A stretch of DNA of 64,000 bases from Erysipelotrichaceae bacterium (GCA_030536265.1 JAUNQJ010000001.1:903-64902); one strand, 5' to 3'. Positions 51,891-62,049 are shown, counted from the stretch's first letter. Notes: generated by a model not told the origin, from the sequence alone. Program-made: numbers and translations.

Positions 51891-52810
51891 TCTCTTTCTT
51901 CGACAACATGTAATAGCTTTTCGCCACTAGCATATCTTCTTAAGTTATCACAACACATATCAACCCATTTTTGTCTATCTTTATCAAGATGGAAGAAGCC
52001 AGCAACGTGCGGAGTAATAACTAGATTATCTAACTTCCATAATTTAGAATCTTCAGGAATTGGTTCTTTCTCAAATACATCCTGGCCAATGCCTCTAATA
52101 ATTCTATTCTCTAATACTTCAATTAATACATTAGTATCAATTAAATCGCCTCTACCTGCATTAATTAATAATGCATCAGGTTTCATCAATTTAAATCTAT
52201 CAATTGTAAATAAGTGTCTTGTTAATTCAGTACTTGGAAGAACATTTAATACTGCATCTACTTTTGGCAATAAAGAATCTAAATCATCTAAAGTATAAAG
52301 TTCATCAATGTATTCAGGTTTAGTAGAGATATCTCTTTTTACACCAATTACATGCATTCCAAGATCTTTGCATAAACCAGCCAAGTATTTTCCAATATTT
52401 CCTAAACCAAGAATAACGACAGTTAAATCTCTAATAGATTTAACTCCACCCTCATCATGCCATTTATTATTTGATTGATTATCTCTATAGTAGTGTAGCT
52501 TCTTTTCCATTGAGATTAATGTTGCAAACATATGTTCAGCAACTTCTTCTGTGTGAGCATCAACCGCATTACATAAAATACAATTATCAGGAAGAATTCC
52601 TTTTTTAATAAAGCCATCATACCCTACCCAAGTAGATAATAATAGTTCAAGCTTTGGATATTCTTTACATCTAGCTGGCGCAACATCACCAACTATTATT
52701 TCAACATCTTTATCTTCTCTATCATAAGTTACTACATAATCACTTGATACAGATTCGAATTGTTTCTTTTGAGAATCTGTTACTTTGTTATCAATTAATA
52801 CTTTTTTCAT
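51884..52810 (-). CDS. D-isomer-specific 2-hydroxyacid dehydrogenase family protein
   Basis: 308 aa with NAD fold VVILGLGNIGKYLAG and catalytic-region motifs NAGRGDLID and ITPHVAG. Confidence 0.8.
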   Translation of the reverse strand: MKKVLIDNKVTDSQKKQFESVSSDYVVTYDREDKDVEIIVGDVAPARCKEYPKLELLLSTWVGYDGFIKKGILPDNCILCNAVDAHTEEVAEHMFATLISMEKKLHYYRDNQSNNKWHDEGGVKSIRDLTVVILGLGNIGKYLAGLCKDLGMHVIGVKRDISTKPEYIDELYTLDDLDSLLPKVDAVLNVLPSTELTRHLFTIDRFKLMKPDALLINAGRGDLIDTNVLIEVLENRIIRGIGQDVFEKEPIPEDSKLWKLDNLVITPHVAGFFHLDKDRQKWVDMCCDNLRRYASGEKLLHVVEEREK

Positions 52811-54616
52811 TTACTTGCCCTCAACAATTTCTTCTAATGCTTGATAATATTTATCATGAGCTTCTTTATAATGTGTATTAAAGAACTCATTGTTTCCTTC
52901 GTGCAATTGAGTCATATACTTATGCATCTTGCCAGCATATTGAGGAAGAATTCTGGCAACAATGGTTTCCCCTATGTTTGAACAAGTATCAGAGATACGT
53001 TCAATATCTGACAATAAATTTAAGAATATTGTTCCAAGTTCTACGTTACAATTACCCTTTTCAAGTCTCTTTAAATGATTGTCATGTAGTGTTTCAGTTA
53101 AGTCATCAACAACTTCTTCAAGAGGTTCGATATTATTTGCAGAAGGCAAGTCTCTTTTCTTGAACGCTATTTCGCTATAATTCAAAACCTCGTTAATAAG
53201 TTGTCTAATTACTGTTAATTCCTTGTATGCTTCTTCTGTAAAACTAATACCGTCATTATGAAGCTTTTCTGCTGCTTCTGCGATATTAGCTGCATAATCA
53301 CCTAATCTTTCAAATTGAATAAGAAGATTATGATATTCGTTCATAATTCTTAGATGTTCATCATCACTAATATATTTATTTAAACCTAAAAGATATTTTT
53401 CACCTTTATCAGTTAAATAATCAATGTTGTCTTCTTCCTCGTTAATCTCTTTTAATTTCTTATTATCAAATACATATAGTAGTTCAAAAGCTCTATTAAT
53501 ATTTTCTTTTGCAGCATCAAATTGAACGTTCAACACTTTATAGCAACTTGAGAAAGCTAAAGCTGGAGTTTCATAGAATTTTTCATCTAAACCTGCAACA
53601 ACAGTGGCATATTTTTTATTACTTGTCTTATCATCTTTAACAAGTATTCTACTTAATTTTTCATATTGTCTTACAATTGGGAACAATATTAATGCACAAG
53701 ATAAATTGAAGATAGTATTGGTGTTAGCAATAACACCCGAATTTACAGGAGCATTCCAAATACCATCTAATAGACCAAATTGTCTAGCTAATGTTACACC
53801 TACAAAAACAAGAACTGTTTCGCTTAAATTAAATAAGATATTAACTACACCTACTCTTTTTGCATCAGCTTTTGCGCCAATCGAGCAAACAATCCATGTA
53901 GTTAAACAATCACCTAAATATATACCAACAATTACTGAATAAATAGATTTAAAGAATAATTGTCCAGATACAGAGAAAGCTTGTAAGATACCAATAGTTG
54001 CGCTTGATGATTGTAAAACAAAAGCAACACCAGATCCTATCAAATAACCAATAAAAGGATTATCACCTAAGATTGAAAACAATGGGTTAAATGCTCCCGA
54101 ATCAGATAAAACAGTAACAGCATTTGTCATATTCATTAAACCTGTAAACAAGATTCCAAATCCCATTAATACTTGGCCTATTATGTCTGATTTAGAAAAC
54201 TTCATGAACATAATTAAAATGATTCCAGCAATTAAAGCAATAGGTGCAAGCGTTGCTGGTTTAAAAAACTGTAACCATGCAGTTGATGAAGCATTTAAAT
54301 CCATCAAACGAATAATCTGACCAGTTACAGTAGTACCAACATTAGCACCAACGATGATGCCGATTGATTGTTTTAAACTAATTATATTTGCAGCAACTAA
54401 ACCTGAAGTAATTACAATTGTTGCTGTTGAAGATTGTATTATTGCGGTTACTAATAATCCAAGCAAAAAAGCTTTGAAAAGATTGTTTGTAACCTTTTCC
54501 ATGATTCTTTTTAATGTTCCTGTTGAGCCTTCTTTTAAACCAGAAGACATTAATCTCATTCCGTATAAAAATAGAGCAAGTCCACCAAATAATGAGATTA
54601 CATTAAAAATCGACAT
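52811..54616 (-). CDS. Na/Pi cotransporter family protein with a C-terminal PhoU-like domain
   Basis: About 601 aa from the ATG at 54616, which has RBS GGGGGA upstream; the track start at 54646 is also possible. It has duplicated Na_Pi_cotrans repeats (LFLYGMRLMSSGL) and a helical PhoU-like C-terminus. It abuts the dehydrogenase gene with no gap. Confidence 0.8.
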   Translation of the reverse strand: MSIFNVISLFGGLALFLYGMRLMSSGLKEGSTGTLKRIMEKVTNNLFKAFLLGLLVTAIIQSSTATIVITSGLVAANIISLKQSIGIIVGANVGTTVTGQIIRLMDLNASSTAWLQFFKPATLAPIALIAGIILIMFMKFSKSDIIGQVLMGFGILFTGLMNMTNAVTVLSDSGAFNPLFSILGDNPFIGYLIGSGVAFVLQSSSATIGILQAFSVSGQLFFKSIYSVIVGIYLGDCLTTWIVCSIGAKADAKRVGVVNILFNLSETVLVFVGVTLARQFGLLDGIWNAPVNSGVIANTNTIFNLSCALILFPIVRQYEKLSRILVKDDKTSNKKYATVVAGLDEKFYETPALAFSSCYKVLNVQFDAAKENINRAFELLYVFDNKKLKEINEEEDNIDYLTDKGEKYLLGLNKYISDDEHLRIMNEYHNLLIQFERLGDYAANIAEAAEKLHNDGISFTEEAYKELTVIRQLINEVLNYSEIAFKKRDLPSANNIEPLEEVVDDLTETLHDNHLKRLEKGNCNVELGTIFLNLLSDIERISDTCSNIGETIVARILPQYAGKMHKYMTQLHEGNNEFFNTHYKEAHDKYYQALEEIVEGK

Positions 54617-54676
54617 CCCTTTATTCCCCCAAAAGAACAATCTCATTATATAACAAGTTAATACGGGTTAATTTAA

Positions 54677-54704
54677 TAAAAAAATAGCACTTAACGTGCT
54701 ATTT
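54677..54704 (-). terminator. Rho-independent terminator ending the folT-folC-orf-yfcC transcription unit
   Basis: Stem atagcac/gtgctat with loop ttaac, and a U-run on the minus transcript. Confidence 0.7.
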
Positions 54705-56001
54705 AGTAACCTAATAATAATCCAGCGATTAATAACCCGCTAGTCAATAATAAGTTGAGTAATTGGAATTTCCAAGAATATTTGAACCAAGTTCCATAGT
54801 CCATATCGATTAAGCCCAAGCTTATTAATAAAGCAGGATTTGTTGGATAGAATACATTTGAGAATCCATCCCCAAATGCATAAGCAACAATACATAATTG
54901 AGGGCTTAGTCCAAACTCAGCGGCAAGAGGAATCAACAAAGGCATTAATAAGAAGGCTTTTGCTGAACCAGATGGAATAAAGAAATTCATAATTAAACAT
55001 ATTAAATAAACAAATAGAATTAATTGAATATGATTCATAAATCCTGCAGTACTTGAGAATTTATCTAACAAAGTAATAATTAAACCTGACTCTTCCATAA
55101 TATATCTAATAGAACTAGCCATTAGTATTAATAAGATAGATGGAGCTATGTTAAATGCTCCTGTTTTAAAATACTTTAAGAATTGTTTAAATGGAGTTTC
55201 AGATAACAATATTGCAACAATACCAGCTATTAGGAACATCAAAGCAATTATTATCATCGTAAAGTCTTGTAAGAAAGTTAAAAATGGTGAAGATAAAACA
55301 ATTAATAATCCGACGCCCATAATAATTGCAAATGCATTTAGTGCTTTATCTTTACTTTTAATACTTTCAAAACTTTTTGAAACTATCGATTCTTTTTTAT
55401 CGACTCTTTTTGTATGAACAAATAAGAATCCTAGTAGTAAGAAATAAATAAGTATAAAACTTACTAGTCTTAATGAAATTCCGCTAAACATTGGTAGTCC
55501 AGCCAAGCCTTGAGCAACTCCGACAGTAAATGGATTAGCAACGCCTGCTGCAAAACCACATCCTACAGCAAGCAAAGACATACCCACACCAGTTAGAGCA
55601 TCAAAACCTAAATCAATTGCTAATGCAACAACAATTGGAACCAGTGGTACTACTTCTTCAAAAGATCCAACAAGAGATCCCATTGCCATAAAAAAGAATA
55701 CAAGTACAGCAATTAATTTATACTTCTTGTTCCCATATTTAGAAACAATCTTATTAATCATGTATTCAAGGAAACCACATTGATTCAATCCCTCAACAAT
55801 GCCACCAATTATTATTAAGAAAATAATAATAGCAATAATAGTAGAACTAGAATCTGAGCCTAACACTAAAAATGGTGAAGCAATAAACTTTAATAAGCTT
55901 AGTCCTTCACATTCCATAGTAAAAGTTAATACATAAGTAAAAATCATTAAAACAAGTAATGTAACGATTGATACTAAAAATGTTTTCTTTTGTTTATCCA
56001 T
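54703..56001 (-). CDS. YfcC/DcuC-like (IT superfamily) membrane transporter
   Basis: 432 aa from the ATG at 56001, with RBS AGGTGG 5 nt upstream. The block SFEEVVPLVPIVVALAIDLGFDALTGV...ANPFTVGVAQGLAGLPMFSG matches the YfcC-family core pattern. Confidence 0.6.
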   Translation of the reverse strand: MDKQKKTFLVSIVTLLVLMIFTYVLTFTMECEGLSLLKFIASPFLVLGSDSSSTIIAIIIFLIIIGGIVEGLNQCGFLEYMINKIVSKYGNKKYKLIAVLVFFFMAMGSLVGSFEEVVPLVPIVVALAIDLGFDALTGVGMSLLAVGCGFAAGVANPFTVGVAQGLAGLPMFSGISLRLVSFILIYFLLLGFLFVHTKRVDKKESIVSKSFESIKSKDKALNAFAIIMGVGLLIVLSSPFLTFLQDFTMIIIALMFLIAGIVAILLSETPFKQFLKYFKTGAFNIAPSILLILMASSIRYIMEESGLIITLLDKFSSTAGFMNHIQLILFVYLICLIMNFFIPSGSAKAFLLMPLLIPLAAEFGLSPQLCIVAYAFGDGFSNVFYPTNPALLISLGLIDMDYGTWFKYSWKFQLLNLLLTSGLLIAGLLLGY

Positions 56002-56010
56002 AATGACCAC

Positions 56011-56256
56011 CTAAATAATATATTGTTCTATTTCTTTATATGAGTAGTCTTTCTCTACTCCGTTATCCCATTTAATAAAATAAGCTCTAGTTTCTTCACT
56101 TCCGTAATGATATGAAGAAGTTATCTCACCACTTATATTATTTTCTTTATCAAACACTTTAGCACCCTTTTGATACTTGGCGTTAGTGAATGTCCATTTA
56201 ATAGGAGTTCCACATCCTGTTAAATTATCATAGTAGTTCTTATTAATATCATCCAT
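56011..56256 (-). CDS. Small hypothetical protein (81 aa)
   Basis: Its ATG at 56256 shares one base with the folC stop (UAAUG), and GGAG lies 9 nt upstream. I recognise no motif. Confidence 0.45.
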   Translation of the reverse strand: MDDINKNYYDNLTGCGTPIKWTFTNAKYQKGAKVFDKENNISGEITSSYHYGSEETRAYFIKWDNGVEKDYSYKEIEQYII

Positions 56257-57545
56257 TACTTGTTTCTCCATTTTTTATACGCTTTATAGAATTCATCTTT
56301 AATATATCCAGCTAAATATAATGAACCAAAAGCAATTACTACTCCATTATTTTTAGCTTTATCAAGTGATATTATTATACCTTCTTTAACACTGTTTGCC
56401 ACAGTTGCTTTGCATTTTAACTTCCTAATTACTTCAGCTAAATCATTTGCATCTAAAGCTCTACTTGAATCAGGAGTTAAGCATACAAATTCTTTTGCGA
56501 ATGGTTTCATCATCTTCATAACAGAAACATAATCTTTATCTTTAAGCATTCCGCATAGAATTACAGCTTTTTTATTGCCCAATAGTTTTGGAAGAGATGT
56601 TTTTAATGCTTCTGCGCATTGAGGATTATGAGCGCCGTCAAGAATAAACAATGGTTTTTTGTTTAATACCGATAATCTAGCATCCCATTCAGTTTTTCTT
56701 AAACCATCTTTTATATTCTTGTTTGTAATCTTATAACCTTTAGTATTTAAAATGTTACAAGCTTCAATAACGGTTGCAGCATTATAGAATTGATGCTTCC
56801 CTAATAAAGATAGTTTAATTTTTTTTAAATCACCATAATCAAATACTTGGTTATTAATACTTTCTTTAACAATATTTACTTTGTTAAAGTTAGGAATTAT
56901 TAATCTAGCATTATTCTCTTTTGCAACTTGTTTAAATATTTTTAAAGCTTTTGGATTACTACGATAAGCGATGACATCTGAGTTTTCTTTAATAATACCA
57001 GCTTTTTCTTTTGCGATTTTTTCAATAGTATCCCCTAATACTTCTGTGTGTTCCAAACCAATATTCATAAGAACACAAAGATCTGGATCATAAATTACGT
57101 TTGTAGCATCAAGTCTTCCACCAAGCCCTGTTTCCAAAACAACAACATCGCATTTCTTTTTTGCAAAGTAAACAAAAGCCATTGCTGTTAGTTTTTCAAA
57201 TACGGTTGGTTCCTTAGACATCTTATCAGTAATATCTTTTATTTCGCTAGCAATACTAGTGAATTCTTTTTGGCTTATACACTTTCCGTTTATCATCATA
57301 CGTTCTTCGTATTTAATCAAATGTGGAGAAGTATACATTCCAACTTTGTATCCTGCCTCTTGTAATATTGAAGACAAAGAAGCAACACAAGAACCTTTTC
57401 CGTTTGTTCCTGCAACATGAATAAAATGTAGTTTGTTTTGAGGATGAGATAGTCTATCCATCAAATCAAACATTCTTGAATTATCTGTTTGTCTTTTTTT
57501 ATTTTCGCTATGTTCAATATACTTTATACACTCTTGATAGTTCAT
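56256..57545 (-). CDS. folC: Folylpolyglutamate synthase/dihydrofolate synthase
   Basis: 429 aa in the Mur ligase family with P-loop HVAGTNGKGS. It has an ATGA overlap with the folT stop. Confidence 0.9.
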   Translation of the reverse strand: MNYQECIKYIEHSENKKRQTDNSRMFDLMDRLSHPQNKLHFIHVAGTNGKGSCVASLSSILQEAGYKVGMYTSPHLIKYEERMMINGKCISQKEFTSIASEIKDITDKMSKEPTVFEKLTAMAFVYFAKKKCDVVVLETGLGGRLDATNVIYDPDLCVLMNIGLEHTEVLGDTIEKIAKEKAGIIKENSDVIAYRSNPKALKIFKQVAKENNARLIIPNFNKVNIVKESINNQVFDYGDLKKIKLSLLGKHQFYNAATVIEACNILNTKGYKITNKNIKDGLRKTEWDARLSVLNKKPLFILDGAHNPQCAEALKTSLPKLLGNKKAVILCGMLKDKDYVSVMKMMKPFAKEFVCLTPDSSRALDANDLAEVIRKLKCKATVANSVKEGIIISLDKAKNNGVVIAFGSLYLAGYIKDEFYKAYKKWRNK

Positions 57546-58048
57546 TCTTTTATTCTTCTTTCAAATGATGGCATAAATTTCACTAATGCTTTAATGCTTA
57601 TTATTTCAACTATACATTTAATAATTGCTTGAAATACTCTTGTTGATAACAAAACTACATAACTTGCATTAGATACATAATGAATCCAAAAAGTATTTAT
57701 TAATAAATTAATGATAAACTCATTTATTATGCTTGTTAAGATAATAATTTTAGTATCGTTATTTCTTTTAAGTAGTAGGCCAAATAATAAACCTGTAAGA
57801 ATTGATGTTAAAGTAAACCCAGGAAAGTATGGTCCTGTTGGAAAAAGTAAAGATCCAATTATATCTCCAACCGCTGCTACTATCACACCGCCTGTTACTC
57901 CATAAATATATGCAGCAATATAAATAGTTAAAAAAGTAAAACCTATTTTTATACTCCAAGTATTGATTGATAATATACGAGATAAAACAACATTTAATCC
58001 TATAAGTAAGGACATAAGGACTATGTCCTTTGTGGTTAGTTTTTTCAT
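57542..58048 (-). CDS. folT: Folate ECF transporter substrate-specific (S) component
   Basis: 168 aa with about 6 TM helices. It lies directly behind a THF riboswitch and upstream of folC. Confidence 0.8.
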   Translation of the reverse strand: MKKLTTKDIVLMSLLIGLNVVLSRILSINTWSIKIGFTFLTIYIAAYIYGVTGGVIVAAVGDIIGSLLFPTGPYFPGFTLTSILTGLLFGLLLKRNNDTKIIILTSIINEFIINLLINTFWIHYVSNASYVVLLSTRVFQAIIKCIVEIISIKALVKFMPSFERRIKE

Positions 58049-58055
58049 ATTCCCT

Positions 58056-58144
58056 CCAGCGAACGCGAGGCAACACCGCGAATTATTCTTCGTCCATTGA
58101 CAACGTCCCGTTCAATGACACTTAACGCGTTACCTCTACTCTGT
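58056..58144 (-). promoter_or_regulatory. THF-I (tetrahydrofolate, folT-motif) riboswitch
   Basis: The minus strand reads ACAGAGUAGAGGUAACGCGUUAAGUGUCAUUGAACGGGACGUUGUCAAUGGACGAAGAAUAAUUCGCGGUGUUGCCUCGCGUUCGCUGG. It aligns block for block with the crystallised Eubacterium siraeum THF aptamer as I recall it (AGAGUAG, CGCGUUAAGUG, GGGA.GU.GUCA, ACGAAG, CGCGGUG). The compensatory P2 pairing is AGGUAA/UUGCCU. Confidence 0.85.
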
Positions 58145-58156
58145 TTGTTCCATATA

Positions 58157-58162
58157 ATTATA
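58157..58162 (-). promoter_or_regulatory. Candidate -10 (TATAAT) for the riboswitch-folT transcript
   Basis: The minus strand reads TATAAT, 13 nt upstream of the first conserved aptamer base. The -35 element is weak. Confidence 0.4.
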
Positions 58163-58279
58163 GACCTATTTAAGCCCGTTTTTTAAGGCCTTTATTAGAG
58201 CCTCAATTTTTGTTCATTTTCCTTATAAATATGGTCAATTTTCATATAAAATATATAGTAATGTGTGGAGGTATCTAGT

Positions 58280-59950
58280 ATGTATACAGATATAGAAATA
58301 GCTCAAGCTTGTAATAAGAAGAAAATTACAGAAATAGCAAAAATTGCAGGTGTTCCTGATGAATATTTGGAATTATATGGAAACTATAAAGCAAAAGTTG
58401 ATTATAAATTATTAAAAGATTTAGCTGATAAGCCTAATGGAAAATTAGTCCTTGTTACAGCTATTAACCCTACTCCAGCTGGTGAAGGAAAAACTACTAC
58501 AACAGTTGGTTTAGCTGATGGATTAAAGAAAATTGGTAAAAATGTAATCGTTGCATTACGTGAACCATCTTTAGGTCCAGTATTTGGTGTTAAAGGCGGA
58601 GCAGCTGGTGGTGGCTATGCTCAAATCGTTCCTATGGAAGACATTAACCTTCACTTCACTGGTGACTTCCATGCAATCGGTGCAGCAAACAACCTACTTG
58701 CAGCTATGTTAGACAATCATATTCAACAAGGAAATTCTTTAGGAATTGATCCAAGACGTGTAACTTGGCATAGAGCTGTTGATATGAACGATAGACAATT
58801 AAGAAATATTGTAGATGGTTTAGGACAAAGAGCAGATGGTACTCCTAGACAAGATAGTTTTGATATCACAGTAGCTAGTGAAGTTATGGCTGTATTATGT
58901 TTATCAAAAGATATTCCTGATTTAAAACAAAGATGTGCAAACATCGTTGTTGCATATACTTATGACAATAAACCAGTTACAGCTGGCGATTTACATGCAC
59001 AAGGTGCAATGGCAGCATTATTAAAAGATGCATTAAAACCAAATCTAGTTCAAACATTAGAAGGCACTCCAGCATTTGTTCATGGAGGACCATTCGCAAA
59101 TATTGCACATGGTTGTAACTCAGTAACAGCAACTCGTATGGCTATGAAACTTGGTGATTATGCAATTACAGAAGCTGGTTTCGGTGCTGACCTTGGTGCT
59201 GAAAAATTCTTAGATATTAAATGTCGTATGGCTAACTTAAAACCAGATGCAGTTGTTGTTGTTGCAACTGTAAGAGCTTTAAAGAATCATGGTGGAGTTA
59301 AAAAAGAAGATTTAAATAACGAAAACCTAGAAGCTTTAGAAAAAGGTTTACCAAACTTATTACAACACGTTAGCAATATCAAAGATGTATATAAACTTCC
59401 TTGTGTTGTTGCGATCAATGCTTTCCCTACTGATACAAAAGCAGAACTTGATTTAGTAGAAGCTAAATGTAAAGAATTAGGAGTTAACGTTGCTTTATCT
59501 GAAGTATGGGCAAAAGGCGGAGATGGCGGTGTTAAACTTGCTGAAGAAGTTGTAAAGATTTGTGAAGAAGAAAATAACTTCACATTCTCATATACAGACG
59601 ATATGTCTATTAAAGAAAAGATTGAAGCAGTTGCTACTAAGATTTATCATGCAGATGGTGTTGATTTCATTGGTTCATCTGTAAAACAATTAGCTCAATT
59701 AGAAGAATTAGGCTTTGGTAAAATGCCTGTTTGTATCGCAAAAACTCAATATTCATTCTCAGATGATCCTAAACTTTTAGGAGCACCAAAAGGATTTAGA
59801 CTTCAAGTTAGAAACTTAAAAGTATCAGCTGGTGCTGGTTTCATCGTTGCATTAACTGGTGAAATCTCAACTATGCCAGGTTTACCAAAAGTACCTGCTG
59901 CTGAAAAGATTGATGTTGATGAAAATGGAGTAATCACTGGATTATTCTAA
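58280..59950 (+). CDS. fhs: Formate--tetrahydrofolate ligase
   Basis: 556 aa from the ATG at 58280, with GGAGG 8 nt upstream; the track GTG at 58265 overlaps the RBS. The motif is [15 protein letters not shown]. Confidence 0.96.
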   Translation: MYTDIEIAQACNKKKITEIAKIAGVPDEYLELYGNYKAKVDYKLLKDLADKPNGKLVLVTAINPTPAGEGKTTTTVGLADGLKKIGKNVIVALREPSLGPVFGVKGGAAGGGYAQIVPMEDINLHFTGDFHAIGAANNLLAAMLDNHIQQGNSLGIDPRRVTWHRAVDMNDRQLRNIVDGLGQRADGTPRQDSFDITVASEVMAVLCLSKDIPDLKQRCANIVVAYTYDNKPVTAGDLHAQGAMAALLKDALKPNLVQTLEGTPAFVHGGPFANIAHGCNSVTATRMAMKLGDYAITEAGFGADLGAEKFLDIKCRMANLKPDAVVVVATVRALKNHGGVKKEDLNNENLEALEKGLPNLLQHVSNIKDVYKLPCVVAINAFPTDTKAELDLVEAKCKELGVNVALSEVWAKGGDGGVKLAEEVVKICEEENNFTFSYTDDMSIKEKIEAVATKIYHADGVDFIGSSVKQLAQLEELGFGKMPVCIAKTQYSFSDDPKLLGAPKGFRLQVRNLKVSAGAGFIVALTGEISTMPGLPKVPAAEKIDVDENGVITGLF

Positions 59951-59964
59951 TAGAGAGAGATTAA

Positions 59965-60573
59965 ATGTTAAATAAATCTTTAAAAGAATTTACAGAAATA
60001 ACATTTTCTAAAGAACCTGTTCCAGGTGGTGGTGGTGTATCTGGTCTTGTTGGTTCTTTAGCTGCAAGTTTATCTGGTATGGTTACATCTTTAACTACTG
60101 GCAAAAAGAAATATGCTGAGTATGAAGATGAAATTCAATCAATAATGAAACAAGCTGACAAGTTAAGAATTGAATTACTTGAAGGTGTTAATAAAGATGC
60201 TGAAGCATTCTACCCTTTATCAAAAGCTTACGCTATTCCAAAAGAAGAAGCTGGTAGAGATGAAAAGTTAGAAGAATGTTTAAAGGTTGCTGCTGATTCA
60301 CCATTCAACATCCTTAAATTAACTTGTAAAGTAATAGAACTAGACGAAAGACTTGCGGTAATTGGCTCAAAACTTGCTATTTCTGATGCCGCAACAAGCG
60401 CTATGTTTGCTCATGGTGCACTTTATGGTGCTTATGTAAACGTTGTGGTAAATACACGTCTTATGAAAGATAAAGAATATGCAAGCAATTTAGAAAACGA
60501 AGCAAAATCTTTACTTGATGAATATGCTCCTAGAGCTATCAAGTGTTATAACGAAGTATTAGCGAGGTTGTAA
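59965..60573 (+). CDS. fchA: Cyclodeaminase/cyclohydrolase family protein (methenyl-THF cyclohydrolase FchA-like, FTCD_C)
   Basis: 202 aa and all-helical, with the N-terminal PVPGGGGVSGLVGSLAASL motif. It sits in the typical fhs-fchA-folD order. Confidence 0.8.
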   Translation: MLNKSLKEFTEITFSKEPVPGGGGVSGLVGSLAASLSGMVTSLTTGKKKYAEYEDEIQSIMKQADKLRIELLEGVNKDAEAFYPLSKAYAIPKEEAGRDEKLEECLKVAADSPFNILKLTCKVIELDERLAVIGSKLAISDAATSAMFAHGALYGAYVNVVVNTRLMKDKEYASNLENEAKSLLDEYAPRAIKCYNEVLARL

Positions 60574-60574
60574 T

Positions 60575-61420
60575 ATGGCTAATCTATTGAAAGGAAAAGA
60601 AGTAGCTCAAGCTATTAATGAGCGCAGTAAAAAAGATGTTGAAAGTTTAAAAGCAAAAGGCATCAACCCTACTCTTGCAATCTTAAGAGTTGGAGAAAGA
60701 GAAGATGATTTGTCTTATGAACGTGGAGCTAGCAAAAGATGCAACGAAGTTGGCGTAGATGTAAAAGTTGTTGCTCTTCCTGCAAATATTGATAAAGAAA
60801 CATTCTATAAAGAATTAGATAAATTAAATAACGATTCAAATGTTCATGGGATTCTAGTGTTTAGACCTATTCCAAAAGAGCTAGATAATGAATTATGCAG
60901 AAATTCAATCAATCCTAAAAAAGATGTTGATGGATGCAGCGATAGTTCTCTAGCTGGCGTATTCACTAATCAGAAATTAGGATTTGCTCCTTGTACCGCT
61001 CAAGCAGCTATAGAAATATTAGATTATTACAATATCGATGTAACTGGTAAAAATGTTGTCGTACTTGGGAGATCTCTAGTAGTAGGAAAACCTGTAGCAA
61101 TGATGTTAACAAATAAAAACGCTACAGTTACAATATGTCATACAAAGACTGTCGATACTCCTTCTATTACAAAAAAAGCCGATATCGTAATTACAGCAAC
61201 TGGTCAAATGGAATCACTAGATGCTAGTTACTTCAACGAAGGACAAACAGTAATAGATGTAGGTATTTCATGGAATGATGCTAAACAAAAACTATGTGGA
61301 GATGTATTATTTGACGAAGTTGAGCCAATAGTAGATAGCATTACACCAGTTCCTGGTGGTGTTGGTTCTGTCACAACATCAGTACTAGTAAATCATGTAG
61401 TGGAGGCAGCTAAAAGATAA
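60575..61420 (+). CDS. folD: Bifunctional 5,10-methylene-THF dehydrogenase/methenyl-THF cyclohydrolase
   Basis: 281 aa with the motifs GRSLVVGKPVAMML and PVPGGVGSVT. Confidence 0.95.
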   Translation: MANLLKGKEVAQAINERSKKDVESLKAKGINPTLAILRVGEREDDLSYERGASKRCNEVGVDVKVVALPANIDKETFYKELDKLNNDSNVHGILVFRPIPKELDNELCRNSINPKKDVDGCSDSSLAGVFTNQKLGFAPCTAQAAIEILDYYNIDVTGKNVVVLGRSLVVGKPVAMMLTNKNATVTICHTKTVDTPSITKKADIVITATGQMESLDASYFNEGQTVIDVGISWNDAKQKLCGDVLFDEVEPIVDSITPVPGGVGSVTTSVLVNHVVEAAKR

Positions 61421-62049
61421 TGAAAAAACTAAAAATATTTGTTGATGCAATTCTAGCTGGTTTATTTATCAGCATTGGCGGAACAGTATTCCTATCACTT
61501 GAAAACAAAGTATTAGGAAGCTTGTTCTTCGCAGTTGGCTTATTTGCAATCTGCACAATGAAGTTTAATCTATACACTGGTAAGGTTTGTTATGTGTTTG
61601 ATAATAAACCAAGTTATTTAATAGATTTAGCTATTATATGGATTGGAAATTTCGTTGGTACATTCATTACTGGCAATATCTTAAAGTTAACAAGAATCTA
61701 CCCCGCTTTACAAGAAAAAGCTCAATCAATTGTTAACATCAAACTAATGGATGAGCCAATATCTGTGTTTATCCTTGCTGTATTCTGTGATATCTTAATT
61801 TACTTAGCTGTTGAAGGATATAAAAACAATCCTCATGAGCTAGGAAAATACTTATCTATTCTATTTGGTGTTACGGTATTCATTCTATGTGGATTTGAAC
61901 ACTGTGTAGCCAATATGTTCTATATATCTGTTGGTGATATGTGGACATGGGCACATGCAATAGAGCACATCGTAATAGTTACAATTGGAAATAGCTTGGG
62001 TGGCGTGCTAATTCCTCTAATTAAAAAAGCATTTAAAAACGTGGATTAA
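61420..62049 (+). CDS. Formate/nitrite transporter (FNT) family channel, short form
   Basis: 209 aa with FNT loop motifs NLYTGK (Omega-loop Thr) and GFEHCVANMF (S-loop His). Its start overlaps the folD stop. Confidence 0.8.
   Translation: MKKLKIFVDAILAGLFISIGGTVFLSLENKVLGSLFFAVGLFAICTMKFNLYTGKVCYVFDNKPSYLIDLAIIWIGNFVGTFITGNILKLTRIYPALQEKAQSIVNIKLMDEPISVFILAVFCDILIYLAVEGYKNNPHELGKYLSILFGVTVFILCGFEHCVANMFYISVGDMWTWAHAIEHIVIVTIGNSLGGVLIPLIKKAFKNVD

Noticed and set aside
54617-54646. A ten-codon N-terminal extension of the Na/Pi cotransporter.
   Set aside because: The ATG at 54616 is preceded by a GGGGGA RBS and starts directly with the first TM helix. The upstream ATG is not excluded but is less likely.
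57768-58076. A 102-aa ORF overlapping folT and the riboswitch 3' end.
   Set aside because: It is out of frame with the well-supported folT gene and would start inside the THF aptamer. Its translation has no membrane or family features.
58265-58279. A GTG start for fhs five codons upstream of the ATG.
   Set aside because: The GTG overlaps the GGAGG Shine-Dalgarno sequence that is correctly spaced (8 nt) for the ATG at 58280. The canonical Fhs N-terminus begins at that Met.
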